Origin: an uncultured delta proteobacterium
Lineage (GTDB): Bacteria > Desulfobacterota > Binatia > Binatales > Binataceae
Reading direction: 5' to 3'
Length of the DNA stretch: 64,000 nt
Assembly: GCA_963755905.1 (NCBI GenBank)
Contig: CAVWLM010000006.1
Coordinates: forward strand, 538,559 to 602,558
The notes beneath the pieces are model-generated. The model was not told the origin of the DNA, did not search any database, and saw nothing but the letters and a program-made list of their open reading frames with translations. Below, in pieces: positions 10,005-20,265 of this stretch; the first letter of the stretch is position 1, and the number at the start of each line of letters is the position of its first letter. A program made the translations under genes and the position numbers.

Positions 10005-10964
10005 ATGCCTGAACGGGCGAAAGACGAACTGCAGATTTTCACCGGCAACTCCAACCCGGCGTTGGCGCGCGAGGTGTGCGAACATCTTGGCGTGAGGCTG
10101 GGCGAGGCCGAAGTCAGCCGTTTCCCGGACGGCGAGGTGATGGTCGAAGTGCGCGAGAATGTGCGCGGCGGCGATTGCTTCGTCCTCCAGTCGATCTGCA
10201 CTCCGCCCAACGAAAACCTGATGGAACTGCTGCTGCTGATGGACGCGCTCCGGCGCGCCTCGGCCAAGCGTATCAGCGCCGTCATCCCCTACTTCGGCTA
10301 CTCGCGCCAGGACCGCAAGGTCGCTCCACGCGTACCGATTAGCGCCAAGCTGGTCGCCGACGTGATTACCGCCGCCGGCGCCTCGCGCGTGCTCACGGTC
10401 GACCTGCATGCCGGCCAGATTCAAGGCTTCTTCAATATCCCGGTCGACAACCTGTATGCGATGCCGGTGCTGATCCAGTACTTGCGCAAGCGGCTGGAAG
10501 GCCGCCGCATCTCGGTGGTCTCGCCCGATGCCGGTGGCGTGGAGCGCGCGCGCGCGTTTGCGCGGCGGCTCAATGCGAACCTCGCAATCATCGACAAGCG
10601 CCGGCCGCGTGCGAGCGAGGTGGCCGAAATGCAACTGGTCGGCGAAGTGCATGACTCCTCGGCGCTGCTGGTCGACGACATGATCGACACCGCCGGGACC
10701 ATCACGGAGGCGGCCAAAGTGGTAATCAACGCGGGGGCGACCGAGGTGCTGGCCTGCGCGACCCATCCGATCCTGTCCGATCCCGCCTGCGAGCGCCTGA
10801 ACAAGTCGATGCTCAAGGAACTGATCACCACCAACACCATCCCGCTGCGCGCCAAGGCGCAGGCGGAACTCAGTTCGCTCAAGGTCCTGTCGGTGGCGAG
10901 CCTTATAGCGGAAGCCGTCCGGCGCATACATAATGAAGAGTCGGTAAGTTCGCTCTTCAATTGA
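10005..10964 (+). CDS. prs: Ribose-phosphate pyrophosphokinase
   Basis: 319 aa; PRPP-binding motif VDDMIDTAGT; classic position downstream of tRNA-Gln. Confidence 0.9.
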   Translation: MPERAKDELQIFTGNSNPALAREVCEHLGVRLGEAEVSRFPDGEVMVEVRENVRGGDCFVLQSICTPPNENLMELLLLMDALRRASAKRISAVIPYFGYSRQDRKVAPRVPISAKLVADVITAAGASRVLTVDLHAGQIQGFFNIPVDNLYAMPVLIQYLRKRLEGRRISVVSPDAGGVERARAFARRLNANLAIIDKRRPRASEVAEMQLVGEVHDSSALLVDDMIDTAGTITEAAKVVINAGATEVLACATHPILSDPACERLNKSMLKELITTNTIPLRAKAQAELSSLKVLSVASLIAEAVRRIHNEESVSSLFN

Positions 10965-11010
10965 GCGGACGCCCCAACCGGCCAAGCCGAATGATTTTTA
11001 AAACGAGGAC

Positions 11011-11730
11011 GTGATGGAGACTGTCGAACTGGCCGCCGAAATCAGAGAAACGCGGCCCAAAAGCCGCCGCAGCGGCCTGCGCCGTGAAGGAAACATCCCC
11101 GCGGTGCTCTATGGGCCCAAGACCAAGGCGACGGCGATCGCGATAAGCGGCGCCGAGCTGCGGTCGCGCGTGTCGGCCAGCGCCCGCCAGCGCCTGATGC
11201 GGCTCAAGTCGAGCTCGCCGGAGCTCAACGACCGCCACGTCATCGTCAAGGAAATTCAGCGTGCGCCGGTAAGCGGCAACTTCGTCCACGCGGATTTCTA
11301 CGAGGTCGATCTGACCAAAGCGCTGCGCGTTTCGGTGCCACTGCGTTTCATCGGCAAGGCGCACGGCGTGGGCGAGGGCGGCATTCTGGGGCCGCTAGTG
11401 CGTGAGGTCGAAGTCGAATGCCTGCCGCTCGAGATTCCCGACGTGGTCGAGGTCGACGTCAGCGCACTCGAAATCCATGACGTAATCCACATTTCAGCGA
11501 TGACCTTCCCCGGCAACATCAAGCCGATTTTCGACACCGACTATCCCGTGGTGACCGTGCTGCCTCCGACCGTCGCCGAGGCGGCGGCTCCTGTCGCTGC
11601 GGAGGCGGCGCCGGCCGAGGGCGCCGCTGGTGCCGAAGGCGCGGCAGCGCCGGCCGCCGCGGAAGCGGGGGCCAAAGAGGGCGCGAAGGGCGGCAAAGAG
11701 GCCGCCGAAAAAGGCGGCAAGAAGGGCTGA
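11011..11730 (+). CDS. rplY: 50S ribosomal protein L25 / general stress protein Ctc, with a low-complexity A/E/G/K-rich C-terminal tail
   Basis: N-terminus GNIPAVLYG...; conserved prs-rplY synteny. Confidence 0.85.
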   Translation: MMETVELAAEIRETRPKSRRSGLRREGNIPAVLYGPKTKATAIAISGAELRSRVSASARQRLMRLKSSSPELNDRHVIVKEIQRAPVSGNFVHADFYEVDLTKALRVSVPLRFIGKAHGVGEGGILGPLVREVEVECLPLEIPDVVEVDVSALEIHDVIHISAMTFPGNIKPIFDTDYPVVTVLPPTVAEAAAPVAAEAAPAEGAAGAEGAAAPAAAEAGAKEGAKGGKEAAEKGGKKG

Positions 11731-11884
11731 CGCGGCGGGGCGCGCCGCTCGTGCGTCGATCCGCGCGTCTCACGCGCGCATCGACGGCTCCGGTTCAGGC
11801 TAGCCGTCGCGAGACCGCTGCCGGGTGCGGCAGCTTCGTTGCGGCGGCGGTGGTTGTTGTTGCGAGGAGGAGGTTACGTCTCCG

Positions 11885-14800
11885 ATGAGCTTCGCCCATC
11901 TTCACGTCCATACTCAATACAGCCTCCTCGACGGCGCCAACAAAATCGAACCGCTGCTCGAGCACGCCCACGCTTCGGGCATGTCCGCGATGGCGATCAC
12001 GGACCATGGCAACATGTTCGGCGCGGTCGAGTTCTTCAGCAAAGCCACTCACCACGGGATCAAACCGATCATCGGTTGCGAGGCGTATGTCGCGCCCGGC
12101 AAGCGCACCGATCGATCGCAGGCGCCCAAGGGCGACGACTTCGACGGCGGCGGCAACTTCCATCTGATTTTGCTCGCCGCTTCGCGCACCGGTTATCGCA
12201 ACCTGTGCCGGCTGCTGAGCGCCGCCTACCAGGAAGGGCTCTACTACAAGCCGCGCATCGACAAGGAAATCCTGACCGAGCTCAACGAGGGTATAATCGC
12301 GCTCTCCGGTTGCCTGTCGGGAGAGGTCGCGCGATGGCTGCGCGCGGGACGCGTCGACAAGGCCCGCGAGTCGGCCGAGAGCTACGCGCGCATTTTCAAG
12401 GACCGCTTCTACCTCGAATTGCAGGACAACCGGCTGCACGCGCCGCTCAACCAGGCGCTCCGCGAGATTGGCCAAACCGCCGGCCTGCCGCTGGTCGCCA
12501 CCAACGATTGCCACTACCTGCATCGCGGCGACGCGCGCGCGCACGAAGTCCTGCTCTGCATCCAGACCGGCAAGACGCTCGCCGACGAATCGCGATGGCG
12601 TTTCGATACCGACGAGCTCTACGTCAAGACGCCCGAAGAGATGGCCAAGGCGTTCGGTGCGGACTCCGAGGAGTTCCGCAACACGATGGAGATCGCGCGG
12701 CGGGTCGACTTCGACTTCGAGTTCGGCAAGTTCCATTTCCCGATTTACCAGGACGCGCCGCCGGAGAATCTGGACCAGGTGCTGGAAACCCGCGTGAAGG
12801 CGGGGCTCGGCGCGCGGCTCGCGGAATTGCACGCGCGGCGGGGTGAATTCGACGAGGCGCCGTACTACGAGCGCCTTGGCCGCGAGTTACCCGTCATCCG
12901 CGAGATGGGCTTTTCCGGCTACATGCTGATCGTCGCCGACTTCATCGACTACGCGCGCAGCCAGGGCATCCCGGTCGGGCCGGGCCGCGGTTCGGTGGTC
13001 GGCAGCCTGGTCTCTTACGCGCTCAGGATAACCGAGGTCGATCCGATCGAGCACAAGCTCCTGTTCGAGCGCTGGCTCAATCCCGGACGCAAGTCGATGC
13101 CCGATATCGACGTCGACTTTTGTTGGGAGCGGCGCGACGAGGTGCTGAACTACGTGCGCGCGAAGTACGGCGCCGACCGCGTCGCGCAGATCATCACCTT
13201 CGGCACCATCAAGGGAAAGCAGGCGATCCGCGATGTCGGCCGCGTGCTCGGGCTCTCCTTCGCCGAGACCGACCGCATCGTCAAGCTCTATCCCGCGCCC
13301 AAGCAGGGCCGCGACTTTCCGCTGAGCGCCGCGCTTGAGATGGAACCCCGGCTCAAGGCCGAGCGCGACAGCCATCCCGATCTTTTCGAGTACGCCTTCA
13401 AGCTCGAAGGGCTGCTGCGCCACGCCTCGCGACATGCGGCTGGCGTGGTCATCTCCGACGTTCCACTGGCCGAGGTCGTTCCGCTCTACGCCGACAAGGA
13501 ACGCGCCGACGGCGCGATGGCGATTACGCAGTATTCGATGAAGGGAGTCGAGGAAATCGGACTGATCAAGTTCGACTTTCTGGCGCTCAAGAATCTGACC
13601 CTGATAGTCGAAACACTCAACCTGGTCCGCGCCGGGGGCAAGACGCCGCCGGACCTGAACCGGCTGCCGCTCGATGATCCCGAGAGCTACCGCCTGCTCG
13701 CGCGCGGCGACACGGTCGGCGTGTTTCAGATGGAAGGGTCGGGGATGCGCCGTTTCCTGACCGAGCTCAAGCCCTCGAACTTCGAGGACGTGATCGCGGC
13801 GATTTCACTGTTCCGCCCCGGCACACTGGATTCCGGGATGGTCGATCCGTTCATCAAGCGCAAACACGGTAAGGAGCCGGTCGAATACGATCATCAACTG
13901 CTCGAACCGGTGCTGCGCGACACGTACGGAGTAATCATCTACCAGGAGCAGGTGATGCGCGCGGCGCAGGCGCTGGCCGGCTATACGCTCGAAGAAGCGG
14001 ACATCCTGCGTGCCGCGATGGGCAAGAAGAACAAGGCCCAGATGGAGCGCGAGCGCGAGCGCTTTCTCGACGGGGCCAGGAAGAACGGCCTCGACAAGGC
14101 CCTGGCCAAGTCCATCTTCGAGAAAATCGAAACCTTCGCCTCCTACGGCTTCAACCGCTCGCATGCCGCCGCGTACGCGCTCACCACGTACACCACCGCG
14201 TACTTGAAGGCGCATTATCCGAACGAGTTTATGGCCGCGCTGATGTCGCTCGATATGGACGATGTCGACAAGGCCTACAAGAACATCGCGGCGCTGCGCG
14301 AGATGCGTATCCGTCTGCTGCCGCCCGACGTGAACCATAGCGGAGTGAAGTTCACGGTCTCGGGCGACGCGATCCGCTTCGGCCTGGGCGCGATCCGCGG
14401 GGTCGGCGCCAAGAGCGCCGAGGCGATGATCGCGGTGCGCCAAAGCGGCGGCTCGTTCAAGGATCTGCTGGATTTCTGCTTGCGCGTCGGCAGTCAACTG
14501 GTCAACCGGCGGGTGCTCGAGGCGCTGATAAAGTGCGGCGCGTTCGATTCGATCTCGGCCTCGCGCGCACCGCTGATCGCGATGGTCGAAGACGCGCTCA
14601 AGGTCGCGCAGAAGGCCGAGAGCGACGCGGCCAAGGGCCAGCATGGACTGTTCGGCGCCGCCGCGCGTCCGCAAGCGCTGCCGCCGCCGCGCGATCCGGT
14701 CGCCGAGTGGGATCAGAAAGAGATGCTGCGCAATGAGAAGGAGGCACTCGGCTTTTACATCACCGCCCATCCGCTCGACAAGTACGATCGCGAGTTGCGC

Positions 14801-15346
14801 CGTCTGGGCGCCGTCTCGACCGCGGATCTGACCTCGATTCCCGACGGCAGCCAGGTTCGCATCGCCGGCGTGGTGCAGGCGGCCAAGCTCAAGAACAACA
14901 AGGCCGGCAAGCGCTATGCGACGTTTTCGTTGGAGGACCGCGAGGGCGCGGTCGAGGTCATCGCGTGGCCGGAGACCTATCAAAAGCACGAGACGCTAAT
15001 CATGGGCGACGAGCCGGTGGTGGCGCGCGGCAAACTGGACGTCGACGACGAGCGCGCGCAGGTGATCCTCGACGAGATGCGGCCGCTGGGCACGGCGCTG
15101 GTCGACGCGGTGCGCGAAGTGCATATCACGGCGCCGCGCGAGCGCCTGGCCAACGGCGCGCTGGAGGAACTCAAGGCGCTGCTCGGACGCCATACCGGCC
15201 GCGCGATCACCTATTTGCATCTGTCGCTCGACGACGCGCACGAGGCGATCTTTCTGCTCGGCGACAGTTATCGAGTCGCGCCAACCGACGACTTCGTGAC
15301 CGCGATCGAGCACACGCTCGCGCCTGCGTCGGTAATGCTGCGCTAG
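11885..15346 (+). CDS. dnaE: DNA polymerase III alpha subunit
   Basis: N-terminal PHP domain (FAHLHVHTQYSLLDGA); roughly 1150 aa, intact; the in-frame ATG at 11885 is preferred over the track start at 11825. Confidence 0.9.
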   Translation: MSFAHLHVHTQYSLLDGANKIEPLLEHAHASGMSAMAITDHGNMFGAVEFFSKATHHGIKPIIGCEAYVAPGKRTDRSQAPKGDDFDGGGNFHLILLAASRTGYRNLCRLLSAAYQEGLYYKPRIDKEILTELNEGIIALSGCLSGEVARWLRAGRVDKARESAESYARIFKDRFYLELQDNRLHAPLNQALREIGQTAGLPLVATNDCHYLHRGDARAHEVLLCIQTGKTLADESRWRFDTDELYVKTPEEMAKAFGADSEEFRNTMEIARRVDFDFEFGKFHFPIYQDAPPENLDQVLETRVKAGLGARLAELHARRGEFDEAPYYERLGRELPVIREMGFSGYMLIVADFIDYARSQGIPVGPGRGSVVGSLVSYALRITEVDPIEHKLLFERWLNPGRKSMPDIDVDFCWERRDEVLNYVRAKYGADRVAQIITFGTIKGKQAIRDVGRVLGLSFAETDRIVKLYPAPKQGRDFPLSAALEMEPRLKAERDSHPDLFEYAFKLEGLLRHASRHAAGVVISDVPLAEVVPLYADKERADGAMAITQYSMKGVEEIGLIKFDFLALKNLTLIVETLNLVRAGGKTPPDLNRLPLDDPESYRLLARGDTVGVFQMEGSGMRRFLTELKPSNFEDVIAAISLFRPGTLDSGMVDPFIKRKHGKEPVEYDHQLLEPVLRDTYGVIIYQEQVMRAAQALAGYTLEEADILRAAMGKKNKAQMERERERFLDGARKNGLDKALAKSIFEKIETFASYGFNRSHAAAYALTTYTTAYLKAHYPNEFMAALMSLDMDDVDKAYKNIAALREMRIRLLPPDVNHSGVKFTVSGDAIRFGLGAIRGVGAKSAEAMIAVRQSGGSFKDLLDFCLRVGSQLVNRRVLEALIKCGAFDSISASRAPLIAMVEDALKVAQKAESDAAKGQHGLFGAAARPQALPPPRDPVAEWDQKEMLRNEKEALGFYITAHPLDKYDRELRRLGAVSTADLTSIPDGSQVRIAGVVQAAKLKNNKAGKRYATFSLEDREGAVEVIAWPETYQKHETLIMGDEPVVARGKLDVDDERAQVILDEMRPLGTALVDAVREVHITAPRERLANGALEELKALLGRHTGRAITYLHLSLDDAHEAIFLLGDSYRVAPTDDFVTAIEHTLAPASVMLR

Positions 15347-15440
15347 ATTTTCGGCAGTTCTAGCGGGGAGCGCGGGGCGCGAAATCTTTTCTGAGCCGGG
15401 CGCGGGCTGGGAAAAGCAGCGTTCTAAATCGTTGGCTCCC

Positions 15441-16202
15441 CTACCAGATGCCGGGGATGAAGCACTCGGTCTCGTCCAGGTAGCGCGCGTACGGATCGCC
15501 GAACTGCGCCAGCATCTCCGCCTCTTCCTTCGCGGCGCGCATCCAACCCATCACGACTCCGAAGATGATGGTCAAAACCGCGCTGACAGGTGCGCCGAAC
15601 TCGAGCGCCCACGCGAAGACGACGAGGAATTCGCCGAGCCAGATCGGATGGCGGATACTGCCGTAGAGCCCATTGCGCACCAGTGCGCGCGGGCCACCGC
15701 ATATCGGCGTCGAGCTGAAAAAGCCGAGCTGGATACGCGCACCGAGCGCCAACCACAGTCCCAGCAGCTCCATCAGCAAGCCGAGCGCCTGCACCCATCG
15801 CGCCACTTCTCCGCCATAGAGGAACGTGCGCTCGAAGGGCGCCGCCGCAAACAGCAACAGCACTGGCAACTGGCGCAGGATCGATCCCGAAAGCAGCGCG
15901 GTGTCGGGTGGCGGTTCGAAATCCTCGCGCACCATGACGTCGGCGAAACGAAACCCGGCGTAGGCGATCAGATATGCCAGGGTGTATGGATGCTCGCCGA
16001 AGTAGCTGGTGATTCCCAGTCCCAGCCCGACGGCGCCGACCACCGCGACCAGAAAAACGACAAGCTCGGAGACCCGGATATCTATCCGGCGCCAACGCCG
16101 CGGCTCCGTGCTCGCTAGGGCAGGGTCAAGAGAGCCGGTGGGCGCTTTATGCTCGCCGGCCGGCTTCAGCGGCTCAGCCTGCGTTCCGTCTCCGACTTCC
16201 AT
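15441..16202 (-). CDS. Isoprenylcysteine carboxyl methyltransferase (ICMT/PEMT) family membrane methyltransferase
   Basis: Multi-TM protein; C-terminal motif NGLYGSIRHPIWLGEFL; the true start may be internal. Confidence 0.6.
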   Translation of the reverse strand: MEVGDGTQAEPLKPAGEHKAPTGSLDPALASTEPRRWRRIDIRVSELVVFLVAVVGAVGLGLGITSYFGEHPYTLAYLIAYAGFRFADVMVREDFEPPPDTALLSGSILRQLPVLLLFAAAPFERTFLYGGEVARWVQALGLLMELLGLWLALGARIQLGFFSSTPICGGPRALVRNGLYGSIRHPIWLGEFLVVFAWALEFGAPVSAVLTIIFGVVMGWMRAAKEEAEMLAQFGDPYARYLDETECFIPGIW

Positions 16203-16485
16203 CTGGGCAAATCTTGGCAGGATGGGGGCCGCGATTCAAAAGGTAATGCCGAGGCGCGCGTGCCGTTCGCGCTGACGCGCCGTGCTTGTATTAGTGTCCA
16301 ATTGCGGAACTCGGAGACCCGGGCGCTTCCTCAGTGCCGGCGCAATCGCGAGCTATGTCGGCGTTGCGCCACGGCTGCGGCAATCAGGGCGATGCGAAAG
16401 CTGCCTCGCAGCGGTGTGGAGCGTAGCTGAGCACCGGAGGCCTTTGGCCGCGACTTTCTTACCAACTTGCTTGACGCAAGCTGAT

Positions 16486-17931
16486 CTACCCCGGCCGCTT
16501 CACGCCCGGAATTGTCCACGTGCCGTCCAACAGCGAGGGAGGAGTCTGCCTGGGCCAGTACAGTCGCAGCATCAGAATGAACTTGCCTTCGGGAGCTGGC
16601 AGCCAATTGGGCTCCTTGTTTTTGCCGGGATTTTCGTTTTGCAGGTAGAGGTCCACCGATCCGTCGGTGTTGTGTTTCAGCTTGTTGCGAGCGCTGAGCG
16701 TGTAGCGGTTTAGCGGATTCGCGACGAAGAAGTACGCTGCGTTATACATCGTCAGCGACCAGAACCCGTTCGCCGGGGGCAATTGCCCTTTATCGAAATG
16801 CATGACGTATTTGTTGCTGCCTGAGTACGGCTTTCCGTCCGCATCAACCTCTGACGTCGGATAGACGGCATCCTGCGGCCGATTGGCGCCTAGGCCCACC
16901 GCAGTGATCACTGCACGAACCAGATAGTCGGTGCCGTAGACCCCTGTCTTGGTGGTAAATATCCAGCCATTCTCGAATTTCCCGGTTCCTTTAAAGGAAC
17001 CCATGATCTTCTCGAAAGCAGCCTTGGGTACCGCCTTTAAGGCCTGCTGTGTGTCGGGCGAAAGCTTGCTCATATCGAACGGTTGGCCGGGTATGATCCC
17101 GATTTTCGCCATCGTCGCCACGATCGGCGCGTCTTCCGCGGCGGGAGCATTGTCCTTCATCAGCCGAGCCATCAGATTGAAGTACGCCACTACGTCGAGC
17201 CCATTCACTTGGTTGCGCACGGCGGTTTTTAAGTCGATGTTCGGATCGACCATTCCTGCGGGCGGCCTGTAGGGCTTCCCGTACGAGCTTAGCGGGAGCA
17301 GTTTGATCTCGTCCTGCATCTTGTGGACTGCCGCGTAGTCGCTGGGCGTGCCGGTGCAATAAATGCGTCCGAGAATCCAAACCAGTGCGGTCGGCGATTT
17401 GTAATCTGTCACACCAGGCGGAAGCGTGCCCGACCAGTTGGGGCCAGTGATCGCATAGGTCTGCGGACCGGTGCCTGTCGTTCGCTTGCCGGGTACTTCG
17501 AACACCGTCGTCCATGCGTCCAGCATCGGAAACAGGTAATAACGCCCGTGAGCGTCCGGAATGCTGAGCACGTATGGCTCCTTGCTAACGTCGATCCACC
17601 CGTTCGTATAGAGAGTATCGGCATTTGGAGCGGTAACGTCATGAAAAGCAGCGCTCGGGTAGGTTCGAGACTTCGCTAATTGCCCCATTGGCGCTTTCAG
17701 TCCTTCAGCCTCTCGCACGTTGGTCAGAACGCGACGCGTGTATTCCATCGTGACCAGCGGATAGCCGTAGACGTAAGCGTCGGTCGCGATCTTCGCAGCC
17801 TCGTCCGCGCCGGGAGGAGCCGCACCTTGCTGCGCGGAGGCTTGCGGGCGACCGAGCGCGACTAGTAGGAGCGCGAGCGCTAAAACGCGCGAGCCGAAGC
17901 CAATTCCTGATGTGTTGGAATTCCTCTTCAT
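16486..17931 (-). CDS. Secreted DUF1254/DUF1214-domain protein
   Basis: Signal peptide (LALALLLVALGRPQASA); 481 aa; visibly lower GC than its neighbours. Confidence 0.6.
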   Translation of the reverse strand: MKRNSNTSGIGFGSRVLALALLLVALGRPQASAQQGAAPPGADEAAKIATDAYVYGYPLVTMEYTRRVLTNVREAEGLKAPMGQLAKSRTYPSAAFHDVTAPNADTLYTNGWIDVSKEPYVLSIPDAHGRYYLFPMLDAWTTVFEVPGKRTTGTGPQTYAITGPNWSGTLPPGVTDYKSPTALVWILGRIYCTGTPSDYAAVHKMQDEIKLLPLSSYGKPYRPPAGMVDPNIDLKTAVRNQVNGLDVVAYFNLMARLMKDNAPAAEDAPIVATMAKIGIIPGQPFDMSKLSPDTQQALKAVPKAAFEKIMGSFKGTGKFENGWIFTTKTGVYGTDYLVRAVITAVGLGANRPQDAVYPTSEVDADGKPYSGSNKYVMHFDKGQLPPANGFWSLTMYNAAYFFVANPLNRYTLSARNKLKHNTDGSVDLYLQNENPGKNKEPNWLPAPEGKFILMLRLYWPRQTPPSLLDGTWTIPGVKRPG

Positions 17932-18151
17932 AACGGCATCCTCATGACCTGTCCTGGAGGATCGTTCTCCGCGCCCCTCTTGGAATCAGGTCGCGCCGAT
18001 AATGCCTATCGGACGCCGCATCTGCAATTGGACTTTGGTCCAAGGTTCAGTCGCCAATGCTGATTCAAAGCGGCGGGAAATGCTACGTCGGCAGCAGTCT
18101 GACTCGGCCGCAATGCAAAACAATCTCAGGCCTTGCTCGACACCCCGGTAT

Positions 18152-19159
18152 TTAGCCCAGGCGGCGCAGAGTGTCGCGCTCGCCAATCGCGACCATGAAG
18201 TCGCCCGCCTGTACCAGGGTCGCGGGGTCGGGAATCAGCGTGCTTGGGCCGTCGCCCCGCTTGAGCGCGACGATTCGCAGCCGCGTCGCACTCCGCTCGA
18301 CCGCGGCGATTGGTTGGCCGACAAGCGGGCTGCCCTCGGCCACGCGAATTTCTTCGAGATCGATCTCGGCGCCGCGTCCCGGAAACGATAACTCCAGGAA
18401 GTCGACCACCGACGGGCGCATGACGCTCGCCGCCAGTCGTAGCGCGCCCCATTGGTAGGCTGCGACGGCCTGATTCGCCCCGGCCATCCGTAGATGTTGC
18501 AAGCCGAGTTCCGACTCGCCGCGCGCGTGGATGTGGATTTCCGGATTCATCGAGCGGGCCGAGAGCGTGATAAAGACGTTGTCGGCATCGGCGGCGGTGA
18601 CTATCACGATCGCGCGCGCCCGCCGCAGGCCCGCCTCCTCCAACACTCGATCCTCGAGCGCCGATCCCATCACGTAGAGCAGGCCGGAGGCCGCCAGCGC
18701 GGCTTCGCGCGTGGGGTCGCGCTCGATCACCACCGCCTGACCACCACTGCGCACCACCTCTTCGGCTACCACATGGCCCATCTTGCCGTATCCGCAAATT
18801 ACGACATGGCCTTTAAGTTGTTCGATCTTGTGATTCATCGCGGCCCTCCCGACGACCTGGCGCAACTGACCTTCGACCACGAACTGTGTCACGACTGCGA
18901 AGAGGTAAAACGCGGCGCCGACGCCGGTCACGATCAACCCCATCGTGAAAATTCGGCCGCCCTCGCTAAGCGGCTTAACTTCTTCGTAGCCGACAGTGGA
19001 AATCGTAATGACGGTCATGTAGAGCGCGTCGAGCAGCCCCATGTGTTCGATCGTCATATACCCGACGGTGCCGCCGGCCGTGAGCGCAATGACGCCGAGG
19101 ATCGCCAGCAGGAACTTGCGTACCGGGCTCATCGAAGGCGTCTCCCGCGCTCCCGACAC
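18152..19159 (-). CDS. Potassium channel with RCK (TrkA-N/TrkA-C) domains
   Basis: Two TM segments plus a pore helix with selectivity filter TISTVGYEE; Rossmann motif VICGYGKMG. Confidence 0.75.
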   Translation of the reverse strand: MSGARETPSMSPVRKFLLAILGVIALTAGGTVGYMTIEHMGLLDALYMTVITISTVGYEEVKPLSEGGRIFTMGLIVTGVGAAFYLFAVVTQFVVEGQLRQVVGRAAMNHKIEQLKGHVVICGYGKMGHVVAEEVVRSGGQAVVIERDPTREAALAASGLLYVMGSALEDRVLEEAGLRRARAIVIVTAADADNVFITLSARSMNPEIHIHARGESELGLQHLRMAGANQAVAAYQWGALRLAASVMRPSVVDFLELSFPGRGAEIDLEEIRVAEGSPLVGQPIAAVERSATRLRIVALKRGDGPSTLIPDPATLVQAGDFMVAIGERDTLRRLG

Positions 19160-19186
19160 GCGGGTAGTTTCCCCTCTAGGCGGAAT

Positions 19187-20128
19187 TCAGACCACCTCGT
19201 GCGCTTCGAGCCAACGCTCGGCGTCGATTGCCGCCATGCATCCGGTGCCCGCCGCGGTGACCGCCTGGCGATAGACCTTGTCGGCGACGTCGCCGGCGGC
19301 GAAAACACCGTCGACGTTGGTGTAGGTGGATCCGTTGCGGACCTTCAGATAGCCGACCTCGTCCATCTCGAGCTGACCCTTGAACAGGTGGGAGTTGGGC
19401 TGATGGCCGATCGCGACGAACACCGCGTCGGTGCGGAACTCGCTGGCCGCGTTGGTCTTGAGGTCCCTCAGCCGCACGCCGCTCACTCCTGTTTTGCGCT
19501 CGCCGAAAACTTCGTCGATTACGGAATTCCAGATGAAAGAGATTTTCGGATTGGCGGCCGCGCGATCCTGCATGATCTTGGAGGCGCGAAGCGCGCTGCG
19601 CCGATGGATGATCGTCACCCTGGTGCAAAATCGCGTAAGAAACGTCGCCTCCTCCATCGCGGTATCGCCGCCGCCCACCACCACCGCCTCCTGGTTTTTG
19701 AAGAATGCGCCGTCGCAGGTTGCGCACGCGCTCACGCCGTAGCCCATCAGCCGCTTTTCCGATTCGATCCCCAGCAGCTTGGCCGACGCGCCGGTGGCGA
19801 TGATGAGTGCTTCGGCGCCGATGGTCATGCCGCCTGCGATGAGCTCGAAGGGCCGCCGGCGAAGGTCGACCTCGGTCACCTCGTCCACCAGGAATTTCGT
19901 GCCGAAGCGCTCGGCCTGGGCGCGAAACACATTCATCATCTCGGGACCCTGGATGCCGTGCGGGAAGCCGGGATAGTTTTCGACCTCGGTGGTTATCGTG
20001 AGTTGTCCGCCGGGCTGAGCGCCTTCGATAAGTAGCGGGCTCAGATTGGCACGCGCCGCGTAGAGTGCGGCGGTGAGGCCGGCCGGACCGGAACCAAGAA
20101 TCACGAGGCGATAATTTTCGTATGCCAT
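19187..20128 (-). CDS. trxB: Thioredoxin-disulfide reductase
   Basis: FAD motif ILGSGPAG; redox centre CATC; NADPH motif VVGGGDTA. Confidence 0.9.
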   Translation of the reverse strand: MAYENYRLVILGSGPAGLTAALYAARANLSPLLIEGAQPGGQLTITTEVENYPGFPHGIQGPEMMNVFRAQAERFGTKFLVDEVTEVDLRRRPFELIAGGMTIGAEALIIATGASAKLLGIESEKRLMGYGVSACATCDGAFFKNQEAVVVGGGDTAMEEATFLTRFCTRVTIIHRRSALRASKIMQDRAAANPKISFIWNSVIDEVFGERKTGVSGVRLRDLKTNAASEFRTDAVFVAIGHQPNSHLFKGQLEMDEVGYLKVRNGSTYTNVDGVFAAGDVADKVYRQAVTAAGTGCMAAIDAERWLEAHEVV

Positions 20129-20265
20129 CTATTTTGCTATCGATTCTGTTTGCGCACGGCGGCGCGCCCGCGCGCGACTCGTCATCGTTTCCATTGCACC
20201 GTCCATTGTAGCGGTTTCTTGTATCTGCGCATCGCGTCAACATAAGCTCTTAGCCGCCGCCCCCG

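Noticed and set aside
9741-10985. 414-aa minus-strand ORF spanning tRNA-Gln and antisense to prs
   Set aside because: It overlaps a clear tRNA and the highly conserved prs; its composition is low-complexity Arg/Gly/Asp; it is a shadow ORF
11795-14989. Minus-strand ORFs 11795..12832, 12887..13435 and 13805..14989, plus internal plus-strand ORFs, antisense or off-frame to dnaE
   Set aside because: The dnaE frame is unambiguous (PHP domain, 1150+ aa); the others are GC-driven open frames
18494-20035. 513-aa plus-strand ORF covering the K-channel and trxB region, and the 355-aa minus ORF 19176..20243
   Set aside because: Antisense or alternate frame of two well-supported genes (K+ channel with RCK, TrxB with CATC); Arg/His/Gly-rich junk translation
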